Part shown: in pieces, positions 8,000 through 16,149 of the stretch | How positions within the stretch are numbered: the stretch's first letter is position 1 | Layout of the letters: each line of letters begins with the position of its first letter | Virus record (IMG/VR): IMGVR_UViG_3300027956_000023 | Span: 1-37,201 of that record | DNA: 37,201 nt | Source of the DNA: a virus | Taxonomy: Duplodnaviria; Caudoviricetes | Reading direction: 5' to 3' (one strand) | Notes under the pieces: generated by a model | What the model saw: the letters and a program-made list of their open reading frames with translations, nothing else | What the model was told of the DNA's origin: nothing | The model's database searches: none | Made by a program: the position numbers and the translations under genes

Positions 8000-8002
8000 T
8001 TT

Positions 8003-8161
8003 ATGAAGAAACAATCGAAGTTCAGCAAACTGGCAACGCAACTCAAGAAGGAGGGCGCGGATGATCCGAGGGCTCTCGCGGCATACATCGGGCGCAAGAA
8101 GCTCGGGGCCGCGGAGTTCATGCGTCGTCAGGCGGCGGGTCGTAAGAAGGCTGCGAAATGA
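8003..8161 (+). CDS. Small highly basic protein, 52 aa (MKKQSKFSKLATQLKKEGADDPRALAAYIGRKKLG...)
   Basis: Hand-translated; fills the gap exactly and ends in an ATGA overlap with the next gene. Confidence 0.75.
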   Translation: MKKQSKFSKLATQLKKEGADDPRALAAYIGRKKLGAAEFMRRQAAGRKKAAK

Positions 8162-8481
8162 TCAGCACCTTCGCCAAGCTCCGAGCCGCGTGGACGTTCG
8201 CACGGCACCAGCGATGGGTGGATCCGCTCCCTTGGACCAAGGAGGACGCCACCGCGCTCAATAGCTTTTTCAAGAGCGATACCGGGAAGAAGTTCAAGGA
8301 CGCTCTCCTGAACACGGTTCTGATGCAGAACGCTTCTGCTATAACAGACCGAAACCATTTGCAATATTCCTCAGGCTTTGCAATGGGTCAGGCCAGTCTT
8401 GTGAAGGTCATCGAGATGATGGCCGACCGAGAATCAATTACGGGGCAGGAAGATGATCCGGATTCTGCCACGAACACATAG
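8158..8481 (+). CDS. Head-module hypothetical protein (pre-scaffold gene)
   Basis: FFKSDTGKKF motif and position between portal and scaffold. Confidence 0.75.
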   Translation: MISTFAKLRAAWTFARHQRWVDPLPWTKEDATALNSFFKSDTGKKFKDALLNTVLMQNASAITDRNHLQYSSGFAMGQASLVKVIEMMADRESITGQEDDPDSATNT

Positions 8482-8537
8482 GATCAAAGTTGCGGTTGCT
8501 GCGTCTGTGCGGGCCAGCAAACGAGTATAAGCACAAT

Positions 8538-9482
8538 ATGTCAGATGAAAACATGAGCGCGGATGCGATGCTCGCATTGGCCAGAGATCACGATGCCGGT
8601 GTCGATATCGACAGCCAGCCAGCGGAGCAGACTCAAAATACAAACGAGTCAGCTTCGGTTGAGCAGGAATCCTCTAATGAGGTGACCGCCAGCAAAGAGA
8701 CCGATGGTGGCGAGCAGGAAGTCAGCGCGAAATCAGAGTCGGAATCCAAGGCCAAGCAGAAGGAGGAGAAGCCGAAGGATCAGAAGAGCAAATTCGCCCA
8801 GGAGCAACAGCGTAAGGCTAAGTCTTGGGAGCAGATCAACGCCGAGAAGGAGGCTATCAAGGCCGAGCGCGAGGCGGTGAAGCGTGAGCGGGATGAGTGG
8901 AGCAAGCAGCGGGAGCAATCCAGTGCTGCCGAGTCCAACTCGTTTCGGGACGACAAGGGATACACTGCGGAGGACTACGAGGCTGCGGCCAAGGAGTTCG
9001 ATGCGGATGGTGATACCCAGTTGGCCAAGGCAGCGCGAGCCAAGGCTGATGGAGTCCGTAAAGCGGCGGGTGCCAAGCAGCAGCAGGTTCAGCAGGAGCG
9101 TTTCAACAAGTCATGGGCTGAGAACTATGGCCGACTCTCTGAGAAGGAAGTCTGGCTCAAGGATCAGTCCAGTCCTGAGTACAAGCGCACGGTTGAGTTG
9201 TTGCAGCGGGTTCCGTTCCTCACTGCGATGCCCGATGGACTTGTCCATGCGGTTGAACTGATGAAGCTCCAAGATACTGCGGGTCGATCTCAGTCGCTTG
9301 AGTCCGAGAATAAGGCTCTGAAAGAACAGCTCAACAAGCTCCAGCAGAAGACCGCTATTGGGAAAAGCGTTCCGGCAGGACAACTCAAGACCGAGGAGAA
9401 AGATTTCTCCCGATTATCTCTCAAGGAGCAAAGGGATGCGCTCATGCGAGCGTCGAGGGAGTTCGACCGGGAAGGCAACTGA
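8538..9482 (+). CDS. Capsid scaffolding protein (putative)
   Basis: Acidic disordered N-terminus, long E/K/Q coiled coils, directly upstream of MCP; start moved to ATG 8538 (MSDENMSADAML). Confidence 0.8.
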   Translation: MSDENMSADAMLALARDHDAGVDIDSQPAEQTQNTNESASVEQESSNEVTASKETDGGEQEVSAKSESESKAKQKEEKPKDQKSKFAQEQQRKAKSWEQINAEKEAIKAEREAVKRERDEWSKQREQSSAAESNSFRDDKGYTAEDYEAAAKEFDADGDTQLAKAARAKADGVRKAAGAKQQQVQQERFNKSWAENYGRLSEKEVWLKDQSSPEYKRTVELLQRVPFLTAMPDGLVHAVELMKLQDTAGRSQSLESENKALKEQLNKLQQKTAIGKSVPAGQLKTEEKDFSRLSLKEQRDALMRASREFDREGN

Positions 9483-9503
9483 TAGCACAACCACAACTCA
9501 AAT

Positions 9504-10655
9504 ATGCCAGTTACAACCTCTACTACGCTAACCAGTCAGTTCCAGAACTACTTCAGCAAGGAGCTGCTCTCGATCGTCCAGCAGGAGACGATTCTTGATC
9601 AGTTCTCGATGAAGGCTCCGATCCCCAAGAACAATGGTAACAAGGCGATCTCGATGTTCCGTTTCGGAGCCCCGAGCATCAGCAGCGTTCAGACCATCGC
9701 TTCCGAGGGTGCTGCCATCAGCTCCGCGAACTATCGCGCTCTGGCCCTCAACAGCCTGAGCAAGTCGCTCGCTCAGTACGGTCAGGTGATCGGTTTGACC
9801 GACATCCTCCGCGCCACCGACCTGTTCAACTCCCTCCAGCAGGCCACCAAGACCTCCGGTCTGGATATGGCTCTGTGGGTTGACTCGGTGATTCGTAACA
9901 CCCTGATCGGCTCCAACCTCACGGCCAGCGGTTCGTCCATCGGTTCCGCCGCCGAAGGTGGTGGTACGTTCGATAACTCGGACGCCGTGAACGTCGTCGC
10001 CAGCTCTGGCGGCGTGAAGGTGTACGGTAACCCCGCCACGCTGACCACGCAGAGCTTCTCTGCGCTGAACAGCGATACCACCGCTGCCAACACCACGATG
10101 ACGGCGTCCGCTGTCCTCGATTCCATGACCCGTCTGAAGCGCAACCGCGCTCCGATGATCAACGGTGGGTACGTCCTGGCGACCGACCCCCGCGTTGCTC
10201 GTGACTTGATGCGCGATGCCGACTGGTTGAACGCCTCCAACTACGGCAACAAGGGTACCCCGTTCTACAAGGGCGAAGTGGGTTCCATCTACGGTTGCCG
10301 CGTTGTCCAACAGACCAACTCGTTTGTCAGCACCGGCTCCGGTACCGCTGCCGATGAGTTCATCTATCAAGCTACTGCCGCGGGTGGCGGTCTGGCTGTC
10401 AGCAAGGACATCATCGCCTCGTTCTTCTTCGGTAACGAGTCGTTCGGTATCCCTGCTCTGACCGGTGATGATCCGTTGTCTCCGAAGATCGTTATCACTG
10501 ATACCCCCGACAAGAGCGATCCGTTGAACCAGCTCGTCACCGTTGGTGTGAAGCTGTACTTCGCCGCTCTGCGTTTGGCCGCTGGTAACACTGGCTCTAC
10601 TGCCAATCCGACTTGGTACTTGGTGCATCGTACTAAGACCTCGACCACCCTGTAA
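9504..10655 (+). CDS. Major capsid protein, N4-gp56-like family
   Basis: QNYFSKELL, LAQYG, GEVGSIYGCRVV, DKSDPLNQ motifs; strong C-ending codon bias. Confidence 0.92.
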   Translation: MPVTTSTTLTSQFQNYFSKELLSIVQQETILDQFSMKAPIPKNNGNKAISMFRFGAPSISSVQTIASEGAAISSANYRALALNSLSKSLAQYGQVIGLTDILRATDLFNSLQQATKTSGLDMALWVDSVIRNTLIGSNLTASGSSIGSAAEGGGTFDNSDAVNVVASSGGVKVYGNPATLTTQSFSALNSDTTAANTTMTASAVLDSMTRLKRNRAPMINGGYVLATDPRVARDLMRDADWLNASNYGNKGTPFYKGEVGSIYGCRVVQQTNSFVSTGSGTAADEFIYQATAAGGGLAVSKDIIASFFFGNESFGIPALTGDDPLSPKIVITDTPDKSDPLNQLVTVGVKLYFAALRLAAGNTGSTANPTWYLVHRTKTSTTL

Positions 10656-10656
10656 T

Positions 10657-11052
10657 ATGCGACCCAAGACGGCCACCATCATGGTGATTGCCGTCAGCCC
10701 AAAGGGGCATCATCGAGCAATCGGTGGTGCCCCTTCTCATTCCGCTTGCGGATGTGAGGAGGCTGACAACAATGCGCCCATGATTTCTATTCCGGTCGAG
10801 GCTCTTTCCACCGACATGGAGGATGGCCAACAAGCCATGCCCGAAGTTGGTGATGAAGTTGTCCTAGAGGAAGTTCGCGGTGTTCTCAAGAAGCTCGAAA
10901 ACGGCGAGGCTTATGTCGAGATCCGCAGTGTGAACGGTATGCCCGCTGAGTACGAGTCCAAGGGCGACAAGGGTATGGATAAGGAAGGCCCCATGGACGA
11001 AAAGGGTATGCGCGACATGGTCGCCGAGTACGATAGCGAGATGGAATCCTGA
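10657..11052 (+). CDS. Acidic hypothetical protein (head module)
   Basis: TAA-T-ATG junction after MCP; PEVGDEV beta-rich core. Confidence 0.75.
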   Translation: MRPKTATIMVIAVSPKGHHRAIGGAPSHSACGCEEADNNAPMISIPVEALSTDMEDGQQAMPEVGDEVVLEEVRGVLKKLENGEAYVEIRSVNGMPAEYESKGDKGMDKEGPMDEKGMRDMVAEYDSEMES

Positions 11053-11053
11053 T

Positions 11054-11308
11054 ATGCCGATCTACACCTTCGAGAGCAATGGCAAGTCCATCGAGCATAT
11101 CGCTCCGATGGGTACTGATTCCATTGTCCTTGATGGCAAGCGTTGGAGCAGACAGCCGGTGGCCCGCTTCGGGGTCACCGGTTTTGCCCGCGAGGCCGAA
11201 CTCAAGGACCATGTGAAGAAGGGATTCAGCCGGATGGAAGACCGGCAGGGCTCCCGCTTTGAAAGCACTTTCAGCAAGAATCAAATTCGCAAGATCTGGG
11301 ATATATGA
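11054..11308 (+). CDS. Hypothetical protein with FmdB-like MPIY start but no Cys ligands
   Basis: MPIYTFE N-terminus; no CxxC pairs. Confidence 0.7.
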   Translation: MPIYTFESNGKSIEHIAPMGTDSIVLDGKRWSRQPVARFGVTGFAREAELKDHVKKGFSRMEDRQGSRFESTFSKNQIRKIWDI

Positions 11309-11571
11309 GCGCAAATTCAAATCTGGCCACTGAGTATTCGATGGGCAACGGCGGGTTCCAGCTCGTCCTCGTTACCACGTTGACCACTGGCCCATTCGTT
11401 GCGGTCACCACGATTGCTCCGACTACCTTCACCTCGATCACCGGCAAGAACATCAGCGGCAGTTGGTCGTCGGCCACTATCCCCGCTGGCATCACGCTTC
11501 CTGGGCCGATCGACAGCTTCCAGATTTCGAGTGGTCAGGTGGTCGCTTTCAATGGAGTGATCAACTCTTAA
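11305..11571 (+). CDS. Small beta-rich virion protein (putative)
   Basis: Thr/Ser/Gly-rich, IPAGITLPGPI...SGQVVAF; ATGA overlap. Confidence 0.75.
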   Translation: MSANSNLATEYSMGNGGFQLVLVTTLTTGPFVAVTTIAPTTFTSITGKNISGSWSSATIPAGITLPGPIDSFQISSGQVVAFNGVINS

Positions 11572-11574
11572 GCC

Positions 11575-11823
11575 GTGACACTCGCTCTCGGAACAAGATT
11601 AACGTCCAGCGGATCCGGTGGGAATGTCACCCCGATCGATCCGCCGATCTTGCGCCGGGATCTTTTGCAGGAGGATGATTTCTTCGTCCTTCTGGAGGAT
11701 GGGACGAGCAAGATAGTTCTGAGTTTGGGAACCTACGACATTATCCTCTTGGAAGACGGCGTGAGTGCGCCGGTGACCGAGTCGGTGTCGAGCCCCGGAA
11801 GATTCATTCTAACAGTTAACTGA
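11575..11823 (+). CDS. Small virion protein with repeated LL(Q/L)ED motifs
   Basis: LLQEDD, VLLEDG, ILLEDG repeats; precedes the tail fibre gene. Confidence 0.7.
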   Translation: MTLALGTRLTSSGSGGNVTPIDPPILRRDLLQEDDFFVLLEDGTSKIVLSLGTYDIILLEDGVSAPVTESVSSPGRFILTVN

Positions 11824-11824
11824 T

Positions 11825-12841
11825 ATGCCAGATACGAAAATCACAGCCCTGACGGCGATCGGAGCCAATCCGATCATCCCAGCAACCTTCCCCATCCCGA
11901 TGGTCGATCTTACCGACACATCGATGGCGGCGAGCGGCACCACGAAGAAGGTGACCGTGAACCAAATCCTCGGCGCTGGCGGCACCGCCACCCTCGCCTC
12001 CGCCACCATCACCGGCGATCTGACGGTGCGGACGAATAAGCTAAAGGTTGATGCAACTGGTGTTGCGATTGGTGCAACTTCCGCGAGCTATCCGCTTGAT
12101 GTCACTGGAGATACTCGATTTATCGGAGATGCTTATTTGTTCTCAACAACTGGAGGCACTGCTTTCTCTAAGTCGTTGATCTTTGGCTCCGCTGCGAACC
12201 CATCAGCGGCTTCGATCTATAGTCAGACCGCAAGCGCAAACTCTGGCATCCTTTATTTAGCCACTGAAACCGGCGGCGTAATGACCGATCGGTTGGGCAT
12301 CGGTGCAGATGGCATCTTTACATGGCAAAACGTCGGCGGAGTCGCTGGCACCGCCATGACCCTGAACTCCACGGGGCTGGGCGTGGGGGTTACGCCGAGT
12401 GCTGGTCGTGGTGCAATTCAGCTTTCCGCTGGCGTTAGCTTCCCCGCCACTCAAGTCGCTTCGTCCGATGCGAACACGCTGGATGATTACGAGGAGGGGA
12501 GTTGGGTTCCCACGCTTAACTCTGGCACGTTTTCGTCCGCAAGCTGCCGATACACGAAAATAGGAAACATGGTGACTATCTTCTTCGATGTCACCGTTGG
12601 AACTGGTGGCGGAAATCAAATTACCAATCTTCCGTTTACTGCTGCTGCGACTTCAACTGTTGCAAATGGTATTTACACAAATAACCAAGACTATGCGGCT
12701 GGAACCACTGCTCCAGTTGTTGTTGTTGGCGGATCTTCAAGCACTCTGTTTTTTAGGACTGTTGGCGATAACGTAGCGTTTTCCGCAATGACTCTGACAG
12801 CCGCCGCTAACCTCACCGGTTCAATCTCCTACTTCGTTTAA
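11825..12841 (+). CDS. Tail fibre / receptor-binding protein 1
   Basis: MPDTKITAL N-terminus, TKKVTV, G/T/A-rich shaft, DANTLDDYEEGSWVP and YTKIGNMV...ITNLPF C-terminal module common in aquatic phage fibres. Confidence 0.85.
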   Translation: MPDTKITALTAIGANPIIPATFPIPMVDLTDTSMAASGTTKKVTVNQILGAGGTATLASATITGDLTVRTNKLKVDATGVAIGATSASYPLDVTGDTRFIGDAYLFSTTGGTAFSKSLIFGSAANPSAASIYSQTASANSGILYLATETGGVMTDRLGIGADGIFTWQNVGGVAGTAMTLNSTGLGVGVTPSAGRGAIQLSAGVSFPATQVASSDANTLDDYEEGSWVPTLNSGTFSSASCRYTKIGNMVTIFFDVTVGTGGGNQITNLPFTAAATSTVANGIYTNNQDYAAGTTAPVVVVGGSSSTLFFRTVGDNVAFSAMTLTAAANLTGSISYFV

Positions 12842-12845
12842 TCCC

Positions 12846-13223
12846 ATGATTACCCTCTCTTGGATCATCGAACGCCTTCTCGTTAAGCCGACCGAAGGCT
12901 CGCTCACGGATGTCGTCATCACCGCCGACTGGCGTTGCAACGGCTCGCAGGATCAGTACAGCGGAACGTGCTACGGCAGCGCGTCGTTCGCTCCGCCGAG
13001 TGGATCGTTCACGCCGTATCCTGACCTCACTCAGGATCAGGTGCTTGGCTGGTGCTACGCTTCTGGAGTCGATCAAGCAGCCATCGAAGCGAACGTCACC
13101 GCGCAGATCCAGAACCAGATCAACCCGCCGGTCATCGCTCCGCCGCTGCCGTGGGTGCCGCCTGCTCCTGAGCCGGTTGTTGTTGCGCCTGAAGCTCCCG
13201 TTGTTGAAGCTCCTGTCGCATGA
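12846..13223 (+). CDS. Tail-fibre-associated protein (possible chaperone)
   Basis: FTPYPDLTQDQVLGW...INPP...LPW motif, typically found after such fibres. Confidence 0.75.
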   Translation: MITLSWIIERLLVKPTEGSLTDVVITADWRCNGSQDQYSGTCYGSASFAPPSGSFTPYPDLTQDQVLGWCYASGVDQAAIEANVTAQIQNQINPPVIAPPLPWVPPAPEPVVVAPEAPVVEAPVA

Positions 13224-13375
13224 TTAAGATCGAACTCACACTGCAACAACTCCAACTGCTCCACCAGCTCTTGGTGATTGGTATGAAGGCCGGCGACGTG
13301 AACAATATGCGCGTCGGTCTCCCCTTGGTGGATATCCTAGAAGAAGCTGCGAAAAACCAATCAAATCCCACGTAA
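13220..13375 (+). CDS. Small helical protein, 51 aa (MIKIELTLQQLQLLHQLL...)
   Basis: Hand-translated; ATGA overlap upstream, TAA-ATG junction downstream. Confidence 0.7.
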   Translation: MIKIELTLQQLQLLHQLLVIGMKAGDVNNMRVGLPLVDILEEAAKNQSNPT

Positions 13376-13555
13376 ATGGACGCATCCAATCACGGCGGTG
13401 ACACAAATCAAATGATCGCTTCCATGGGTGGAGCAGCAGCGGCCACCGCTGTTTCGTTTATCCCCTGGCTCACCGACATCGTTCGACTTATCACCGCCGT
13501 GATTGGCTTACTATGCGCCATCTACGGTGCGTATCGCTTATTCCACTCCAAATGA
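13376..13555 (+). CDS. Membrane protein, holin/antiholin candidate, 59 aa
   Basis: Hand-translated; hydrophobic IVRLITAVIGLLCAIYGAYRLF, basic C-terminus. Confidence 0.65.
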   Translation: MDASNHGGDTNQMIASMGGAAAATAVSFIPWLTDIVRLITAVIGLLCAIYGAYRLFHSK

Positions 13556-13734
13556 AAAACACCAAGACCACTCTCGCCGGCATCGGTGCCATCCTGGTCG
13601 CTGTTGGCGGCGCTCTCAAGGCCCTGTTCGACGGTGACCCGACCACCCATCTGGACATCACCACGACCATCGCCGCGGTGACCGCTGGCATCGGCCTCAT
13701 CTGGGCCAAGGACGCCGAGAAGAAGGCCGAGTGA
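13552..13734 (+). CDS. Holin candidate (two TM segments), 60 aa
   Basis: MKNTKTTLAGIGAIL...AGIGLIWAKD with charged tail; start moved to the ATGA overlap at 13552. Confidence 0.7.
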   Translation: MKNTKTTLAGIGAILVAVGGALKALFDGDPTTHLDITTTIAAVTAGIGLIWAKDAEKKAE

Positions 13735-13904
13735 ACTGGATCTACCAGATCCTGAAGGCCCTGCTCGACTGGTTCCGCGAGACCCCACCCACCGACATCC
13801 AACATGGAAAAGCACCCGAGGCTCTCAAGAACGATCTGGCTGATCGCATTGCTGGACTGCCTCGGTTGCCAGATGACCAAGGTGGTCCTGGTCCCTTCCG
13901 GTGA
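13731..13904 (+). CDS. Possible i-spanin-like protein, 57 aa (MNWIYQILKALLDWFRE...)
   Basis: Hand-translated; GTGA overlap; amphipathic N-terminus; overlaps the lipoprotein gene by 101 nt in another frame. Confidence 0.5.
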   Translation: MNWIYQILKALLDWFRETPPTDIQHGKAPEALKNDLADRIAGLPRLPDDQGGPGPFR

Positions 13905-14025
13905 TCCGGTGATGCTGGCCAAGCCGGTGAAGGCCAGCGTCTACGGATTCGATTCAAACAAGAAGCTGGTGGGGCCGTCCACGGTGACGCTGCCTGCCGG
14001 CTGGTACGCACTACCGAAGAACTGA
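13804..14025 (+). CDS. Possible o-spanin-like lipoprotein
   Basis: Basic N-terminus, hydrophobic IWLIALL, lipobox-like CLGC, Pro-containing mature part; Rz/Rz1-like overlap. Confidence 0.55.
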   Translation: MEKHPRLSRTIWLIALLDCLGCQMTKVVLVPSGDPVMLAKPVKASVYGFDSNKKLVGPSTVTLPAGWYALPKN

Positions 14026-14026
14026 T

Positions 14027-15385
14027 ATGGGAACTCCACTCACAGGCAGTAGCGTCGCATCGACATACACTGGCCTACTAAAAAGCTCCGACAACTCCGC
14101 GCTGACTACGGTCCTCAAAGCCGTTGGAGACGGCAGCGGTATCGATTCCGCGCTCCAGCTATCGACCACCGCGGTCAATACCACCGGTGACTTCAGCGTC
14201 GGGTCCAACAAGCTCACGGTGGCCGCGGCAAGCGGTAACACGGTCGTCGGTGGTACGCTCACCGTAACCGGCGCAACGAGCCTCAGCGGCAATCTGGCGA
14301 TCCCCGGCAACCTCTCGGTGACCGGTACATCCACGCTCACTGGTGCCACAAGCGTCGCCAGCACGCTCGCGGTGACCGGAGCCACCTCGCTCTCAAGCCT
14401 TTCTACCAGCGGAGCAGCTACCATAGGAACCACTCTGGGGGTCACTGGAGCCTCTACGTTGGCCAGCTTGGGTGTCACCGGTGCGGCAACGGTTGGAACG
14501 ACCCTAGGCGTCACTGGAGCGACTACGCTGGCAAGCGTTGGGGCAACCACCGCAAACATCGCAACGCTCAATGTTAGCGGGCTTACCACGGTTGCTGAAC
14601 TTGATAACCTTGGTGACTCAACTGTCGGTGGGACACTTAATGTCACTGGAGCGACAACCCTCGGTGGGCTGACCGTTGCCGGAAATCTTGTAGCGAACGG
14701 CAACACCACAATCGGAAATGCCGGTGCCGATCTCCTGACGATCAACGCCAATGTCGTCACGCTTCCCAACGTCACTTCCGAAACGGTTGATCTGACCAAT
14801 GACAAGGTGCTGATCACCGATGCAAGCGATTCAAGCAAGGTGAAGGTGGTTCCGGCCAGTCAATTGGGAATCACAGCTTCCAATGCTCCGCAATGTGTTC
14901 AAACGCTGTATAGGGATGTAACACCTCAAGGAACTGCATTTGTAGGAACAAACACTGGATCAGGAGTTGAGATCACTGTTCTCAATACAACCATTACGCC
15001 TCGGTCATCTTCTTCAAAGGTTCTTGTTTCTATAGCGGTTAATTACGCTGGAACAAACATAGAGAAGGGAGCTTTGCGTATTACTCGCAATGGAGTTGAA
15101 ATTGGCTCAAACAATATAGGTTCAAGCCTGTACGGAATTGCGCCATTCACAGGACTTTCTCCATATAGCTCCAATTTCTTCAATAGTCAGTTCATTCAGA
15201 TTCTTGATTCGCCAGCAACTGCGTCTGCTGTTACATACAAGATACATCTTTATTCAACCACTTTTGGAGGAATTGTTCCAAGTATGTGGTTGAATAGGAC
15301 TAATCAAGATGTAACCAATAACACAAACTCTGCTAGTGATGCTCGCGTTAGCTCCTCAATGACGCTCCAAGAATACTTCGCATGA
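14027..15385 (+). CDS. Tail fibre / tailspike 2 with beta-solenoid-like repeats
   Basis: Repeats such as GTTLGVTGATTL; C-terminal ITPRSSSSKVLV...LDSPATASAVTYK...SSMTLQE domain. Confidence 0.85.
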   Translation: MGTPLTGSSVASTYTGLLKSSDNSALTTVLKAVGDGSGIDSALQLSTTAVNTTGDFSVGSNKLTVAAASGNTVVGGTLTVTGATSLSGNLAIPGNLSVTGTSTLTGATSVASTLAVTGATSLSSLSTSGAATIGTTLGVTGASTLASLGVTGAATVGTTLGVTGATTLASVGATTANIATLNVSGLTTVAELDNLGDSTVGGTLNVTGATTLGGLTVAGNLVANGNTTIGNAGADLLTINANVVTLPNVTSETVDLTNDKVLITDASDSSKVKVVPASQLGITASNAPQCVQTLYRDVTPQGTAFVGTNTGSGVEITVLNTTITPRSSSSKVLVSIAVNYAGTNIEKGALRITRNGVEIGSNNIGSSLYGIAPFTGLSPYSSNFFNSQFIQILDSPATASAVTYKIHLYSTTFGGIVPSMWLNRTNQDVTNNTNSASDARVSSSMTLQEYFA

Positions 15386-16143
15386 AACCCTCTGAAGTAG
15401 CCCAAGCGGCCTGCGACAAGCTCTCCTTCACCGACGCGAACACCCTCGCGTTGGCCAAGAAGTTCTGCATCCGCCGCTACTCCATGATCTGGGATTCGTG
15501 CCTCTGGAACGATACCCTCGGCGTTATCTCGCGCTCAGTCAGCGAAGGCAACGAACTGGTCACCCTCGACCAGACCGTAACCGCTACCTACGCCTCAGGT
15601 ACCGGCTACAACATGTTCCTCGACTTCCCGGTCGCCATTCGATTCACGATCAACGGCGAAACCGATGGCATCGAAGTCCCCGCCGCGGAATGGGTCTCGT
15701 TCTTCCAGCTCGATCCCAACACCTGGAACAACGTCGATAGCCGCAAGTCCACCCCCGGCAACTTCGTCAACTGGACCCGAGTTATCGGAGCTTCCTACGG
15801 CGAAGCCGGCGTCCCGCGCATCAAGCTCGTTCCCACGCCCAACACCGATGGCAACCTATTCATCCTCGGGAAGAAGCAATCCCAGATGCGGCAGTTCGGA
15901 GAGAACCAAGCGATCGTCAACGACAGCAACTTCGAGCTGCGCGGTGTCGAGAACGCTCTGATGGCCTACACCGAAGGCGATCTCCTCGAATACTCCCGGC
16001 AGTACGGGAAAGCCCAAGCCAAGTTCCAAGAGGGAGCCGCTCAGGTCTCCATCATGAAGGACATGGAACGCGGCCAGCAGCAGCAAATCAGCCGCATCAT
16101 TCCAGATAGCTTGTACGATTATACGTTCCAAGACATCCTGTAA
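15382..16143 (+). CDS. Head-tail adaptor / tail tubular protein A (putative)
   Basis: Size, IKLVPTPN motif, helical termini, position before the nozzle gene. Confidence 0.7.
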   Translation: MKPSEVAQAACDKLSFTDANTLALAKKFCIRRYSMIWDSCLWNDTLGVISRSVSEGNELVTLDQTVTATYASGTGYNMFLDFPVAIRFTINGETDGIEVPAAEWVSFFQLDPNTWNNVDSRKSTPGNFVNWTRVIGASYGEAGVPRIKLVPTPNTDGNLFILGKKQSQMRQFGENQAIVNDSNFELRGVENALMAYTEGDLLEYSRQYGKAQAKFQEGAAQVSIMKDMERGQQQQISRIIPDSLYDYTFQDIL

Positions 16144-16149
16144 TCCGCC

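Noticed and set aside
8482-8537. sigma70 promoter before the scaffold gene (TTGCTG...TATAAG)
   Set aside because: Spacer of 24 nt is too long; only a weak TTGCTG/CAGCAA hairpin is evident.
9528-10682. 384-aa antisense ORF over the major capsid gene
   Set aside because: Shadow ORF in register with a strongly codon-biased gene; no motifs or expression signals.
11825-15385. Diversity-generating retroelement or invertible tail-fibre switch
   Set aside because: No reverse transcriptase or invertase, and I saw no template/variable repeat pair or flanking inverted repeats.
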